A DNA stretch of 64,000 bases from positions 62,001-126,000 of IMG/VR virus record IMGVR_UViG_3300045971_000577; one strand, written 5' to 3'. Under the pieces are notes generated by a model that did no database searches, was not told where the DNA came from, and was given only the letters and a program-made list of their open reading frames with translations. Position 1 is the stretch's first letter. Each line of letters opens with the position of its first letter. Shown piece by piece: positions 36,971 through 47,200 of this stretch. The position numbers and the translations under genes are program-made.

Positions 36971-37189
36971 TTATTTTAATCTTAAGACTGGCATGGAGCC
37001 GGTTGACATTCTAACAAACAAATGTGTGTTAGATAACTCTTCCACTTTATCGGCTATTACACCCATTACCTCTAACTTTACTCTTTCGCCGCCATCGGGA
37101 TGTGGACCCATATGCGTCTCCAACAGAAAATATTTTTTCTGGATTACGCCGGCAACTTCGTACGGTTGTTTATCGAAATATTGTTCCAA
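36971..37189 (-). CDS. hypothetical protein
   Basis: 72 aa, TTG start after AGGAG SD. Confidence 0.6.
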   Translation of the reverse strand: MEQYFDKQPYEVAGVIQKKYFLLETHMGPHPDGGERVKLEVMGVIADKVEELSNTHLFVRMSTGSMPVLRLK

Positions 37190-37245
37190 GAGATGTCTCC
37201 TTGTTTGTCACGAGTATACAGCGTTTCGCTGCGAAAGTCAACAGT

Positions 37246-40197
37246 TCAAAGTGCGCTGAAGTCAAACAAGGTTTCCAGGTGTGCATGTTCCTTGTTTGTG
37301 CGGGATAGATCCCAATTCAAACAACCAACAAGATTTTTTACCTTTTGGTCAACAATACCTGCCATCATGTCTTCGCTGTCAAATGGTAGATCTAGGAACC
37401 ATTGTGGCAAGTGAACTTCGTCTACAGGATACGCAATACTAGAAAGCCTGTTCTCTGGGGTTTCACGTAGCTTGCAAACAATAATCTTCTGTCCGTCAAT
37501 AATACGCATGGAGTGTTGATCCATGTGCATATCCTTCATCCTATTCCATGCAAGACTTGCTGTTACGTGTCCGGGTACATGTAGATTGCCTACTTCTTCG
37601 CCCTTCATTTTCATATGCATTGCGGCATCAACTTTATCACGATAATGCGACAGTTTATTCACAGCTCTCGGTGTGCCTTGTTGCCACGGTTTCATATCCT
37701 CAAACTTTTCCTTGAACTTTCTGATTTTTTCAATAATAAAGTTTTCGCCCTTATCGGTAAGTGTGTCCAATAGAATCTCAGATAGAAACTGTTGTACAAA
37801 CTTAGGAGTATCTGCACGCTTCAAGTCCAGGCCCATTGCCTTCACCTTGCCAGGCTTGCCACCGACGTCAAGCCTGATTCCGTCCTTGTCAAACATCAGA
37901 CAAGCGTAACGCTTCTTTACAATCCAAAGGCCGCTTTCGGAAATAGTTTCTCTTGAGCTCGCAATAACTCCAGTTGACCGTTTAATGGGCACGTTGAGTT
38001 TGGTATGTAAAAAATCCGGGAACGTTGCCGAGACCGCCCCGGCAAGTCCATTATACGTATCAATGATGGACTCCTTTGTCCACTCGACCTCACCAGAATC
38101 AATCTCCCTTCTAAGAACTGGATATGCTGAAAAGTAGCACGAGTCAGTATCTCCGTAGACAATTGCGTCACCATAATGGTCATAGTTCCCTGTAATCATT
38201 TCGTTTGTTTTAGCCGCCATATGCTTGGTAATGGTTCTACCAGTCAATGTTGTAGATTGTCCGAGACGCTGATCGAAGAAGCGGCTTCCTGCGTTCAGCA
38301 AGGCGCCGTAAGCAGAGTTCAAGTTGATCTTCTTTACTAGCTGTCTCTTATCCCAAAATCCGATAACGCGGCGCAGGACCTTCTGATCCCGACTGATTGC
38401 CTTACCGTCCTTTACCATAAGATTGTGTTGATTCATGTATTGAACTACACGCTTTTTATGCCCTTCTTCCAGTAGTTCTTTCAACTTTTTTGGTCTATAT
38501 GCTTCGGACTCTAGGTAGGGATTAGCCTTAGTCTCTACATCGCTGATATCGTCATTTATGAACAAATCTTGAGTTATTTTGACACCTTCGATCTTTGGAT
38601 TATCTTCAATATCAGTATAGTTAGTCATGATACCTTGAAGAGTCTTGCGCTCACTATACCAACGTGTCAACAGACCCGGAATTACACCGTCAATGTCAGT
38701 TCTGAAAATAGTACCGTTAGAACTAATACACCACGGCTGCCCGGATTGAAAAATCAGGTCACTAAGTTCTTTACCTGTGACCTCGAACTCCTGACCGTCT
38801 TCCATATCTAGTATTAGCTTAGTCCCGATATCCTTATCGTAAAACTCTTCCATTTCTAGTACATTGAATCTATCGTTCCACCAAGATGCGAATGTATATT
38901 TCGCGCCCTTGCGTTCCCAGTCTGCAATAGCCTGATTTGTGCGATCAAGTCTAATCTGTCCAACAATAGTTTCTGGACTCATATTTAGCGTTCTAATAAC
39001 TGATGGATACAGCGACTTCATGTCAGTTGATGCAATCCACTTATGTAGCCCACGCTTCGGTGTAGCAACCCAACCGCCTGCCGCACGATTTGCTTCGCTT
39101 TCTTTGCCGTGCTTCTTATCAGGGCAAACCATATTACGGTTGTGAGCTTCCATAAGAACATTCTGGTCTGTAACTGCAACCGCGCCCATTGTAGTCTGAA
39201 TAAGAACACAGCTCGAATGGGCAATGGAACTTGCCAAATCAACGAACTGTAATTTTTTATCGAGTTTATCGAGAAGTCGGGTATCTTGGATGTTATACTC
39301 TAAGAACTTCTTAAAGTCGTCGTTATACAACTCATCCAATGTACCTTCGTACTCAACCTTTGTATCGCCTAGTTCAATTTCTGCAATTGAGTTTAGCTTG
39401 TAGCTGTGGCGCTCTTCATAGTTGTACTTCTTGTACAATTCAAGGTAGTCAACGTGTACACGACCGATAAGGTCATACGTAGGTTCTACCTTGCCGCCGC
39501 GTTCGATTTCACGAACCTTAGGTTGTTGTTCCCATAGGCATAATCTGCGTGCTTCTTGCTTACCAAGAATACGCTTGATTCTATTTACTACATACGGAAT
39601 ATCGTAAAATGAACTGTTCCAGCCGCTTAGTACATCTGCGTCTTCAATAACGTCCATAAATGCATTCAACATATCCCCTTCTTTTTCGAAGAGAACCACA
39701 TTACCGACTTGGTCTGCTATTTCTTGTGCTTCATCCCACGTAAGTGTCTCCGGTGGTATTGCTAGACAGATAATTTCATCTAACCATTGTAGATGTACAG
39801 AGATAGATGTAATAGAGTTCTTTGCATCTGCAGGATCCGACCAGCCAAAGTCTTTATCAAAGCTGGTTTCAATGTCGAAAAATGCTACATGAAGTGCAGG
39901 TGCGTCAATGTGCTGATAGTTGTGCTCGAGACAACGGAAAACAGGATCCACATCCGTTTCCCACTTCTTCACATTGTGAGAAAGTGTCTTAACAAGCTTT
40001 TGTTTTTCAGCGTATGTGCGTGGAACAACCTTCTTTACTGTATCGCCGTAGATAGACTTATTAGTCCCTCTCGGATCGTTTATAAAAAAGTGATAGTCAG
40101 GTGCGTATTCCTTGTAAACTCTCTTACCGTTTACTCTTTCAACAATCCTGATTAGTTCTGATTCGCCGCTCTTCTTGAAAAATGCGTCAACGTAGAT
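37246..40197 (-). CDS. family B DNA polymerase (983 aa, probable ATC start)
   Basis: Exo FDIET, GWNS..YDIPY, YNIQD; pol DMKSLYPS, KINLNSAYG, YGDTDS, KKRY; frame continues 75 codons upstream of the track GTG to ATC TAC GTT GAC GCA after AAGGGG. Confidence 0.95.
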   Translation of the reverse strand: MYVDAFFKKSGESELIRIVERVNGKRVYKEYAPDYHFFINDPRGTNKSIYGDTVKKVVPRTYAEKQKLVKTLSHNVKKWETDVDPVFRCLEHNYQHIDAPALHVAFFDIETSFDKDFGWSDPADAKNSITSISVHLQWLDEIICLAIPPETLTWDEAQEIADQVGNVVLFEKEGDMLNAFMDVIEDADVLSGWNSSFYDIPYVVNRIKRILGKQEARRLCLWEQQPKVREIERGGKVEPTYDLIGRVHVDYLELYKKYNYEERHSYKLNSIAEIELGDTKVEYEGTLDELYNDDFKKFLEYNIQDTRLLDKLDKKLQFVDLASSIAHSSCVLIQTTMGAVAVTDQNVLMEAHNRNMVCPDKKHGKESEANRAAGGWVATPKRGLHKWIASTDMKSLYPSVIRTLNMSPETIVGQIRLDRTNQAIADWERKGAKYTFASWWNDRFNVLEMEEFYDKDIGTKLILDMEDGQEFEVTGKELSDLIFQSGQPWCISSNGTIFRTDIDGVIPGLLTRWYSERKTLQGIMTNYTDIEDNPKIEGVKITQDLFINDDISDVETKANPYLESEAYRPKKLKELLEEGHKKRVVQYMNQHNLMVKDGKAISRDQKVLRRVIGFWDKRQLVKKINLNSAYGALLNAGSRFFDQRLGQSTTLTGRTITKHMAAKTNEMITGNYDHYGDAIVYGDTDSCYFSAYPVLRREIDSGEVEWTKESIIDTYNGLAGAVSATFPDFLHTKLNVPIKRSTGVIASSRETISESGLWIVKKRYACLMFDKDGIRLDVGGKPGKVKAMGLDLKRADTPKFVQQFLSEILLDTLTDKGENFIIEKIRKFKEKFEDMKPWQQGTPRAVNKLSHYRDKVDAAMHMKMKGEEVGNLHVPGHVTASLAWNRMKDMHMDQHSMRIIDGQKIIVCKLRETPENRLSSIAYPVDEVHLPQWFLDLPFDSEDMMAGIVDQKVKNLVGCLNWDLSRTNKEHAHLETLFDFSAL

Positions 40198-40208
40198 AGC
40201 AGTTCCCC

Positions 40209-40460
40209 TTAACCTAGGCCACCGGCCTTGTACAGATCTTCGAGCTCGTCAAAAGCTTCGCGCTGATCGTTCATGGTGCCCTTTTGGACAATCTTGATAA
40301 GTTTGTTTAGTTGTGCTGGCTTGACTTCAAGCTCTTCTGCGATGGCGGAAACAGTATCCTTTAGACCCTCTTTTAGATCCTCTATTTCTTGCATCACCTG
40401 TACACCATCAGCTACCAGTTGCTTCAATCTGGCCACGTTTTCAGGGCTTAGTTTCGCCAT
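40209..40460 (-). CDS. DsbA-like dsDNA-binding protein
   Basis: Helical 83 aa, RLKQL...V.QEIEDLKE.LKD....IAEELEVKP..LNK.IK pattern as in T4 DsbA/GapR-like proteins. Confidence 0.65.
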   Translation of the reverse strand: MAKLSPENVARLKQLVADGVQVMQEIEDLKEGLKDTVSAIAEELEVKPAQLNKLIKIVQKGTMNDQREAFDELEDLYKAGGLG

Positions 40461-40473
40461 TTTCTTTTTCCTT

Positions 40474-41136
40474 TCATTCAGTTTCCCATTTTTCTATTAG
40501 ATTATAGCCGGCGGCTCTTATCTTATTACTTCGTGCCTGTGTCCTACCGTTCAGATCACCGAATGATATTTTTGATACACGATTTATATCTGTTGAATTG
40601 AATCGATTTAGATTTCCGTGCCAAAAATCTCCATAAAATTCATATACGGTGTTTGATTCCGAGTCATAAGCATCGACCTTATATTTCTTACTATCAATAA
40701 TGATAGTCTTCTGCCTATGTTCGTGTGGTATATTTATAGAATCTAACCAGGCTGATTCTGATTTCGATACGTTGACACAACACTTCGGGCAGCCGCTTCC
40801 TCTAAGATGTACGTGTGGATTTTGTAAAAATAATCCGTGCGCTGGACATACTATTGATACCTTCTTACCAAATACTGTATTAGAATAATCGAATTTATTT
40901 TTATGTACAATCTGTGCCCGCTGTATAAAACTACGAGTATCTAAGTCGGCACAGATATTGCATCCTGCCTTATTATAGAGATGATCGCTCGGTGTTTGGA
41001 AAAATTCACCGTGTATGCGACATATAATCTTTATTTTTGTTCGTACATTTTTATATTCTATCAAAGAATAATCATATCTATGCTCGTGTATTTTGTTAGC
41101 ACGTATGATAAATTCTCGTGTATCTAATCTTTTCAT
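40474..41136 (-). mobile_element. homing endonuclease (DUF723 repeats + Vsr/PD-(D/E)xK-like nuclease)
   Basis: FI.RA..IH..RYDYS..Y....KIKIIC..HG.F.Q.P..H...GC..C twice; VDAY....VYEFYGDFWHG; TTGACA-N17-TATAAT at 41142-41170. Confidence 0.85.
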
Positions 41137-41176
41137 AGCACATTATATGAAAAGTAACGCAAAATGTCAAGCGTTT

Positions 41177-41920
41177 CTATCTCGATCCGTACGCATTTCC
41201 AGTTATAGGATCATTGGTCCCTTTGTAGGATTGAGGATCGTATCCGTGTATAGGAGATAATTTACCTTCCCGTTGATCTTTATGTGTAAATTGATTTACA
41301 AATCTGAATTTTTGGTCGGGCATCACACGGTCAATCCACTCCACAATAAAGGGGCGAATGTCCATACCGGGATTTTCCTCGCTAAGTGCATTCAGTTGAT
41401 CTGTAAATTCGTCATCGACAATAAGATCTTGAATATAGATTGATGCAATAGTGGCCGGAATTGGCTTATTCATCATTTCTTTGAGAGCATCAAAATCATT
41501 GTTGCTCAAAGGAAGCCTGTGTACAGCTTCACTTATTTTTTTGACTGGTCGGACTCCGTAGCGGACTGCTCCGTGTGCGAGGTCTTTTTTCTCGCGTGCC
41601 GTTCTGGCCCTTTTCGCATTAGAATAAGGACCGCTAACTCTTTCGCCAGTTCTATGATCGTAGACTTCATACTGATTGCTATTATTTTCAGAATCTTCAG
41701 CAACACGGTGAAAACTTCCTATTTCTTTCTTAAACTCGTCGTAGTGAGTTTGAAGTTGTTGTTTTAGAAAATCTTTGCCATTACGGGAAGTGGCAGGATC
41801 AAGGATCTTATCTACGCACTGGTCGATCTTCTTCTGAAGTAGTCCAATACGCTCGGCCTTTCTTGGTGAGAGATCCTTGTCGCGTAAATTTTTCGGCAAT
41901 AATATTTCAAGCATTTTCAT
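41177..41920 (-). CDS. late (probable virion) protein, leaderless
   Basis: GATAAATA at 41926-41933, ATG 5 nt later. Confidence 0.75.
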   Translation of the reverse strand: MKMLEILLPKNLRDKDLSPRKAERIGLLQKKIDQCVDKILDPATSRNGKDFLKQQLQTHYDEFKKEIGSFHRVAEDSENNSNQYEVYDHRTGERVSGPYSNAKRARTAREKKDLAHGAVRYGVRPVKKISEAVHRLPLSNNDFDALKEMMNKPIPATIASIYIQDLIVDDEFTDQLNALSEENPGMDIRPFIVEWIDRVMPDQKFRFVNQFTHKDQREGKLSPIHGYDPQSYKGTNDPITGNAYGSR

Positions 41921-41953
41921 ATGCTTATTTATCACAAAAGAGTGATAAAGTCA

Positions 41954-41977
41954 AAAGTAAAGGACCCGAGGGTCCTT
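41954..41977 (-). terminator. intrinsic terminator
   Basis: AAGGACCC-TC-GGGTCCTT hairpin followed by TACTTTT. Confidence 0.65.
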
Positions 41978-41981
41978 GTGC

Positions 41982-42350
41982 TTAGAGTTTGAATTCTCGT
42001 TTTACTGTTTCTGGAACAATATCGAATCCCTGACTATTTGCTGCTGCAATGATTGCAGGTAGTACGAAAATAGTGCCAGGCATTGCGATCAAGAATGCAA
42101 AGCCAGTTGCCTTCATTAGCTGTTCAGCTTGCTTATTTGCTGCTGCAATATCGTTAATAGATGCATCGCCTGTGAACGACTTTTCATAAGTCTTCCACAT
42201 CTTGTGGCTGTTGGCTGCTTCTGCCTGAAATACAGTGTGGACTTTTTCGAAAGTATTCTTTACGTCAAGCTGAGTCTTTGGAAGAGCTGCAAGCATGTCG
42301 CGAGTAATCTTGAAATAATCATATGGGGTCTTTGGTAGTGCTGTGAACAT
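41982..42350 (-). CDS. membrane-associated protein with LETM1-like C-terminal motif
   Basis: ANKQ..QL.K..G.....MPG.IFVLPAII; start MFTALP after AAGGA SD. Confidence 0.6.
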   Translation of the reverse strand: MFTALPKTPYDYFKITRDMLAALPKTQLDVKNTFEKVHTVFQAEAANSHKMWKTYEKSFTGDASINDIAAANKQAEQLMKATGFAFLIAMPGTIFVLPAIIAAANSQGFDIVPETVKREFKL

Positions 42351-42453
42351 TTTATTTCCTTTAGTGCTATAAGCCACTAAGTCGAAACTGCCTCCCTGTG
42401 AGCACAGTCCTTGTGGTAACACTATTTAGCAAAAAATGCTGCAACCGCACATT

Positions 42454-43023
42454 TTACGGTCTTTTCATGCCTTTCTTGACACGTTCGAGTACCATACGTT
42501 TGATTTGAATGTTTAAATTAAGTGGCAAACATTCATAGAACTTTTCAACATTGTTATTCAGTGCATATTCGCGCAGTAGTGATGCGCTTATACCTTCCAC
42601 ACCTTCGAGCAAAGAATCACGATTTCCTGCAGATATGATTTCGAGATCCATTCCCCATGCATTTGCGTATTGTGGCATTCTTTCTGTAAATTGTGGTGCT
42701 TGGTCACTGCCTACAACTAGGAAAGCTTTGGTGTATTTTCCCCTGAAACTTTCTAAGGCCTGAAATGGAGTCTTGATTGCAGAATCACGAGAGATAGACA
42801 CACCGGGAAAAGCTGCTTGGCAAACACGAAGCTTGAATGCCCAATCTAGTGGATCTGTAGGAGCCTTTTGCACTTGAGATAGGAAAACACGGTGATCTGC
42901 ACCGTGTTTTCTCGCAGTCTCGACGAGACACTGAACAAGTTTCTCGTGGCCAATAGTCGGCGGTTGCATGCATATTCAGCGGCCGAAGGTAAAAACAACA
43001 GATTTGTTGCTTCCTTCGGCCAT
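42454..43023 (-). pseudogene. cytidyltransferase-like (HxGH) nucleotidyltransferase interrupted by an in-frame TGA
   Basis: GGAGG-ATG MAEGSNKSVVFTFGR*ICMQPPTIGHEKL...VVGSD...ISAS..R; family motif is normally FGR(M/F)(N/Q)PPT.GH. Confidence 0.75.
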
Positions 43024-43036
43024 CCTCCTCTTATCG

Positions 43037-43843
43037 TTATTTTCTAACATCACTGTCCTTTATGTAGGCATAACCAAGATCTTGTAGTGTCTGTCCTATA
43101 TCAGCTTTTGTAATTAGCGGACATCTTTCCGCACGACGTTGAGAGATAGGTAAATCTAATACCTTGAAAAGCAATCGTAATCCATTTGGAGTTATTATCG
43201 GATTGGCAATACAGAATTCTTCTGCACTATAAAAATCGCCAATAGGTGTTCTAATTGCTTTTCTATTTGGATTATTTTTACTTAATTTTTCTCTCGATTC
43301 TGCGGTGTGGTTGAATGATACTCTATGATTTTTACCTGTTCGAGTAATACTCATTTTCTGTCGAGATGATTCTGAATGTTTTCTATTTGTCCAAGTTTCT
43401 CCGGGTTTCTTCTTGGATAATTTTATTTGTATCTTTTCATCTTCTATAATTTTTTCTGCCGAATCTATATCTATGCCGGTTGCGAGTAAAGCTCTAATTT
43501 TTGAATTACCCTTTAGCCGTGCAAGTCTTTTATTTTCATCCGATAGACAGTTATAGATATCGCTGCCGGCCGCAAATGGTTTTGAATTGTAATACTTCGC
43601 GTTCAATTCTTCTTTCTTTATCAGGGAAAGCCATCTTTCTTCTCTTTCCCGTATAAACGCATTGGTACACGATTCGTAGAACTCTAATATGCGACGCCTG
43701 AATGTTTCCGGACGGGATTTATAGGCAGACTGAAAATACTTATTACTTCCTGTATATCCATCATCTAACCTGCCAGAATGAGATCCGAGATAGAACTTAT
43801 TACGTTTACTATCTTTCCATAGGTATACAAAACCAGACTTCAT
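43037..43843 (-). mobile_element. GIY-YIG (Seg-like) homing endonuclease
   Basis: GFVYLW.D..RNKFYLGSH.G..DDGY.GS, YYN; NUMOD3 HSESSRQKMS, HTAESREKLS; TGcTATAAT ends 6 nt before ATG. Confidence 0.85.
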
Positions 43844-43878
43844 ATGCGTATTATAGCAGACCTATGCTGAATATGCTA

Positions 43879-44181
43879 TTACACCTTAGGTGGTTTTGGA
43901 AGTTCTTCTTCCTCAGCTGGTGCTGCAATTGCTGCCTTGGCCTGTACGTGGCGCGAATCATCCTTGTTGTCAAGAAACTTGCCAACACCGAAACTGCCTG
44001 TACCATATAAAAGATACGCTGTAAAGAACTCAATAGTCATACCGCCCAATAGTACAAGCTTCCACATAAAGACTGTTGCTGCGAATGCGACCAAAAGTGC
44101 AATAACGCGGGAAGATGAGTATCTACCAGTCGCGTTATCTTGCAGCGATTCTCTAATGATTTTACCGATTGTCTGAAACAT
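43879..44181 (-). CDS. putative holin-like two-TM protein
   Basis: GRYSSSRVI + two hydrophobic helices + charged tail; late motif at 44202-44209. Confidence 0.5.
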   Translation of the reverse strand: MFQTIGKIIRESLQDNATGRYSSSRVIALLVAFAATVFMWKLVLLGGMTIEFFTAYLLYGTGSFGVGKFLDNKDDSRHVQAKAAIAAPAEEEELPKPPKV

Positions 44182-44233
44182 GGTTATACTCCTGTTTTAT
44201 GTATTTATCGGATTTACCATATTTTGCGGCCGT

Positions 44234-44258
44234 AAAAAAGCCCCTCGGAAGGGGCTTT
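44234..44258 (-). terminator. intrinsic terminator
   Basis: AAAGCCCC-TTCCGA-GGGGCTTTTTT. Confidence 0.8.
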
Positions 44259-44278
44259 GTAAATCTACCTATTAGCTA

Positions 44279-47200
44279 TTACTGAGCTACTTGGTATGTT
44301 ACGATAACTACGCAAGAACCAACTCCTGTAGTCTGTCCTGCAACAGTTCCGATCAACTGTACTACACCGGCTTCTGTTACATAGCATTCTGCCATGTAAA
44401 GCCCTGTCGACTGTGCATCATTTTCTGCAGTGGTCATGTATGCAGCAACGCTGCCAGACTTACCAACAGATAGTGTTGATGTTGGGTTAACTACGTCAAC
44501 ACGTACCTTAACAGAAAGAACAGTTGCGCCTGCTGGCATTGCTGTTCCAATGTTGGTTGTACCATCAGCCGCCAACGATACAGTAGCAGTGAATGCCTTA
44601 ACTGCACCAGCTGCTGCACCAGAAGCGATAGCAGTGTCAACGTATTGCTTGTTGGTTAGGTCGTTTGATGCCAAACCAGTTGCATAGTCAGCTGCTGTTG
44701 GGCCGCTTACCGATACCTTTGTAGCTGTACCAGTTGCAAGCTTCATCAATGTGCTGCCTGTACCGGACTCGAGTGTCAATACTGTGTTACCACGTACTGT
44801 CAATGCTGTACCTGTGTCAGACTGGATAATACCAGCACCAACTGGGCCAACGATAACAGAACCAGTACCATTTGGCATCAATACGATGTCACCGTTGGTT
44901 GCTGTTGCTGTAACTACCACATCAGTTGCACTGCCTTGGAATGTACCTGTACCAACAGTCAATGTGTCTGTACCATTGAACGCGAATGCTGCTGCATTGC
45001 CGAGTGCCGATGTACCTGCACCGTAAGGGATTCTACCAGCTGCAAGAGTTGTAAGACCAGTGCCACCGTGTGGAACATCAACAGTGTTAAGTTGGAACGA
45101 TAGTGCGTTTGTACCAGTTGTGACGGTAATTGCGCTATCAGCACTCGAGATTGTAACAGTTTCACCGAGCGATACTGCTTCTGGTGCGCCTGTGTTACCT
45201 GCAAATGTGATTGTGCTTGCTGCCAACTTAGCGATAGGCACTGTTCCAAGAACAACGTTACCTGCTGTTACTGTGAATTCAGTTGCGTCGAATGTTGCAA
45301 CACCCTTTTGCGATGAAGATGCATCAGCAGCGGTAATTGTAACTGTCGATGTACCAGCTGGGGATTCTGTTGTGGCTGTCGAAATACCTTGTGTCGAAGT
45401 ACCCTTGATCTGCAATGTGTCACCGAGGATAAGTGAATCAGTTCCTGTATCACCGTTTAGGGTGAATTGGGAATGTGTCAACATAGCATTTGTAACCTTG
45501 GCAGCCTGGATCTTTAAACCAGATGCAGATTGGATAAGACCAGAGTCACCTGCAACAGCTTCGTCGAGCACGAATGTGATTTGTCCTGATGTTGTGCTAT
45601 TTGTAAGTTGAATTGCCTTGCCGGATGCAATATCAGCACCAACTTCGCCTGTAGGCAAGTCCATAATACCGGCACCTAGCAACACGCTAATAACTGTACC
45701 AGCAACATCAATACCTGTACCACCAGTGTATGCACCAGCGCCTGAGAACTGAACCCATGTTTGACCGGCGAATGTGGACAATGTAGCTGTCTGAACCCAT
45801 GCGGAATCAGCATATGTACCGTCTGTTGAGAATACCGATGCACCGTTTAGTTCTGAGAATACATTTGCATCTGTTGCACGAACCCAAGCACCTGCAGCCG
45901 CAACGTAGATACCGTTGTCTGCATCAGTTGTTTGATTTGTAACCAATACGCGATCACCGGCAAGTAGTGTGTAACCTTGAATTGAGTATAGACCTGTAAG
46001 AGCAATGTCTGTTATCGAAAGAATTGCAACAGCTTGCTTCCAGCTTAGGCCAGTAACTGCGTTATCAACGTAGTTCTTATTGGCGGCGTCGGATGCGTTA
46101 ACTGGATCTGGAAGACCTGTAACTGTTGCACCAGACATAATCAAATTGCCGGTCATTGTATCGCCGCTTAGGTTTACATATGTAGCGTCAACCAATGCTG
46201 TAATATCAGCTGTTGTTACGGCTGTGTTACCTGTTACGCGACCCTTGGTATCGAGTGTAACCTTCAAGAATGTACCAGTTGCAGCTTGTGAAACTGTTGC
46301 AAGACCGAATGTTGTATCTGTTGTTGCACCGCTTGCATCGCCAGTGATAACTAAATCACCAGAAACTACGTTCAGCGAACGTGTTGTTGCTGTGCCGTCG
46401 CCTGTACGAACCATGTATCCAAGTGTTGTCAATCCTTCAAGTGCTGCCAAGTCATTCGAAAGAGCGAATGTTGGGTCACCAGCGACGCCGTCAGCGTTTG
46501 TGATTGTGAATCCAGCTGCTGGTGCTACTAGCTGACGCTGTGCCCATACGTTGGATGCTGTACGAACTGCGAAACCTGTGCTTGCTAGACCTTCAAGTGC
46601 TGCCAAGTCGTCTGCAAGTGCTAGAGTTGGATTACCTGCTACGCCGTCACCGTTTGTAACAGTGATACCAGCTGCTGGGCCAGTAATTGTTGCTGTACCG
46701 TATGTAACAGCACCAGTCTGAACCATGATACCAGTCGATGTCTTTGCTGCCAATGCTGCAAGACCTGCGTCATAACCTTGTACACCGGATGTTACGCCAG
46801 GAGCGGCTTGCAACCATGTGTTACCTGCGCCAGCGTAAATAACGTTTGCTACGCCAGTTGATGGGAAAATCTCGTCTAGGGTGTCCTTACCTGCGACGCC
46901 GGATGCCAAGTTTACAAGTGCTGTTGTTAGGTTGGTTGCACCACCGAACAATGTGTTTGTAAGGGCAGCGGCAACGTTTGTTGTACCATCAGTGTTAACC
47001 ATTGAACCCAATGTGGCTTCAATGTTGTTAACTTCTGTCTGCAATGCTGTTGCATCACCGCCGGTTGCCAATGTCATCCATGTTGTACCGTTGTGGAACT
47101 CGACGTATGCGGCTGTTGGGGCATCGTTATTTACACGAACCAAACCTGCTACGCCGGCTGGACGTGCTGCTGTATCACCGGTAGGAACCAATACTGCTGC

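Noticed and set aside
38350-38640. ~90-aa insertion in the polymerase fingers region as an intein
   Set aside because: No Cys/Ser start or His-Asn end; looks like a lineage-specific insertion.
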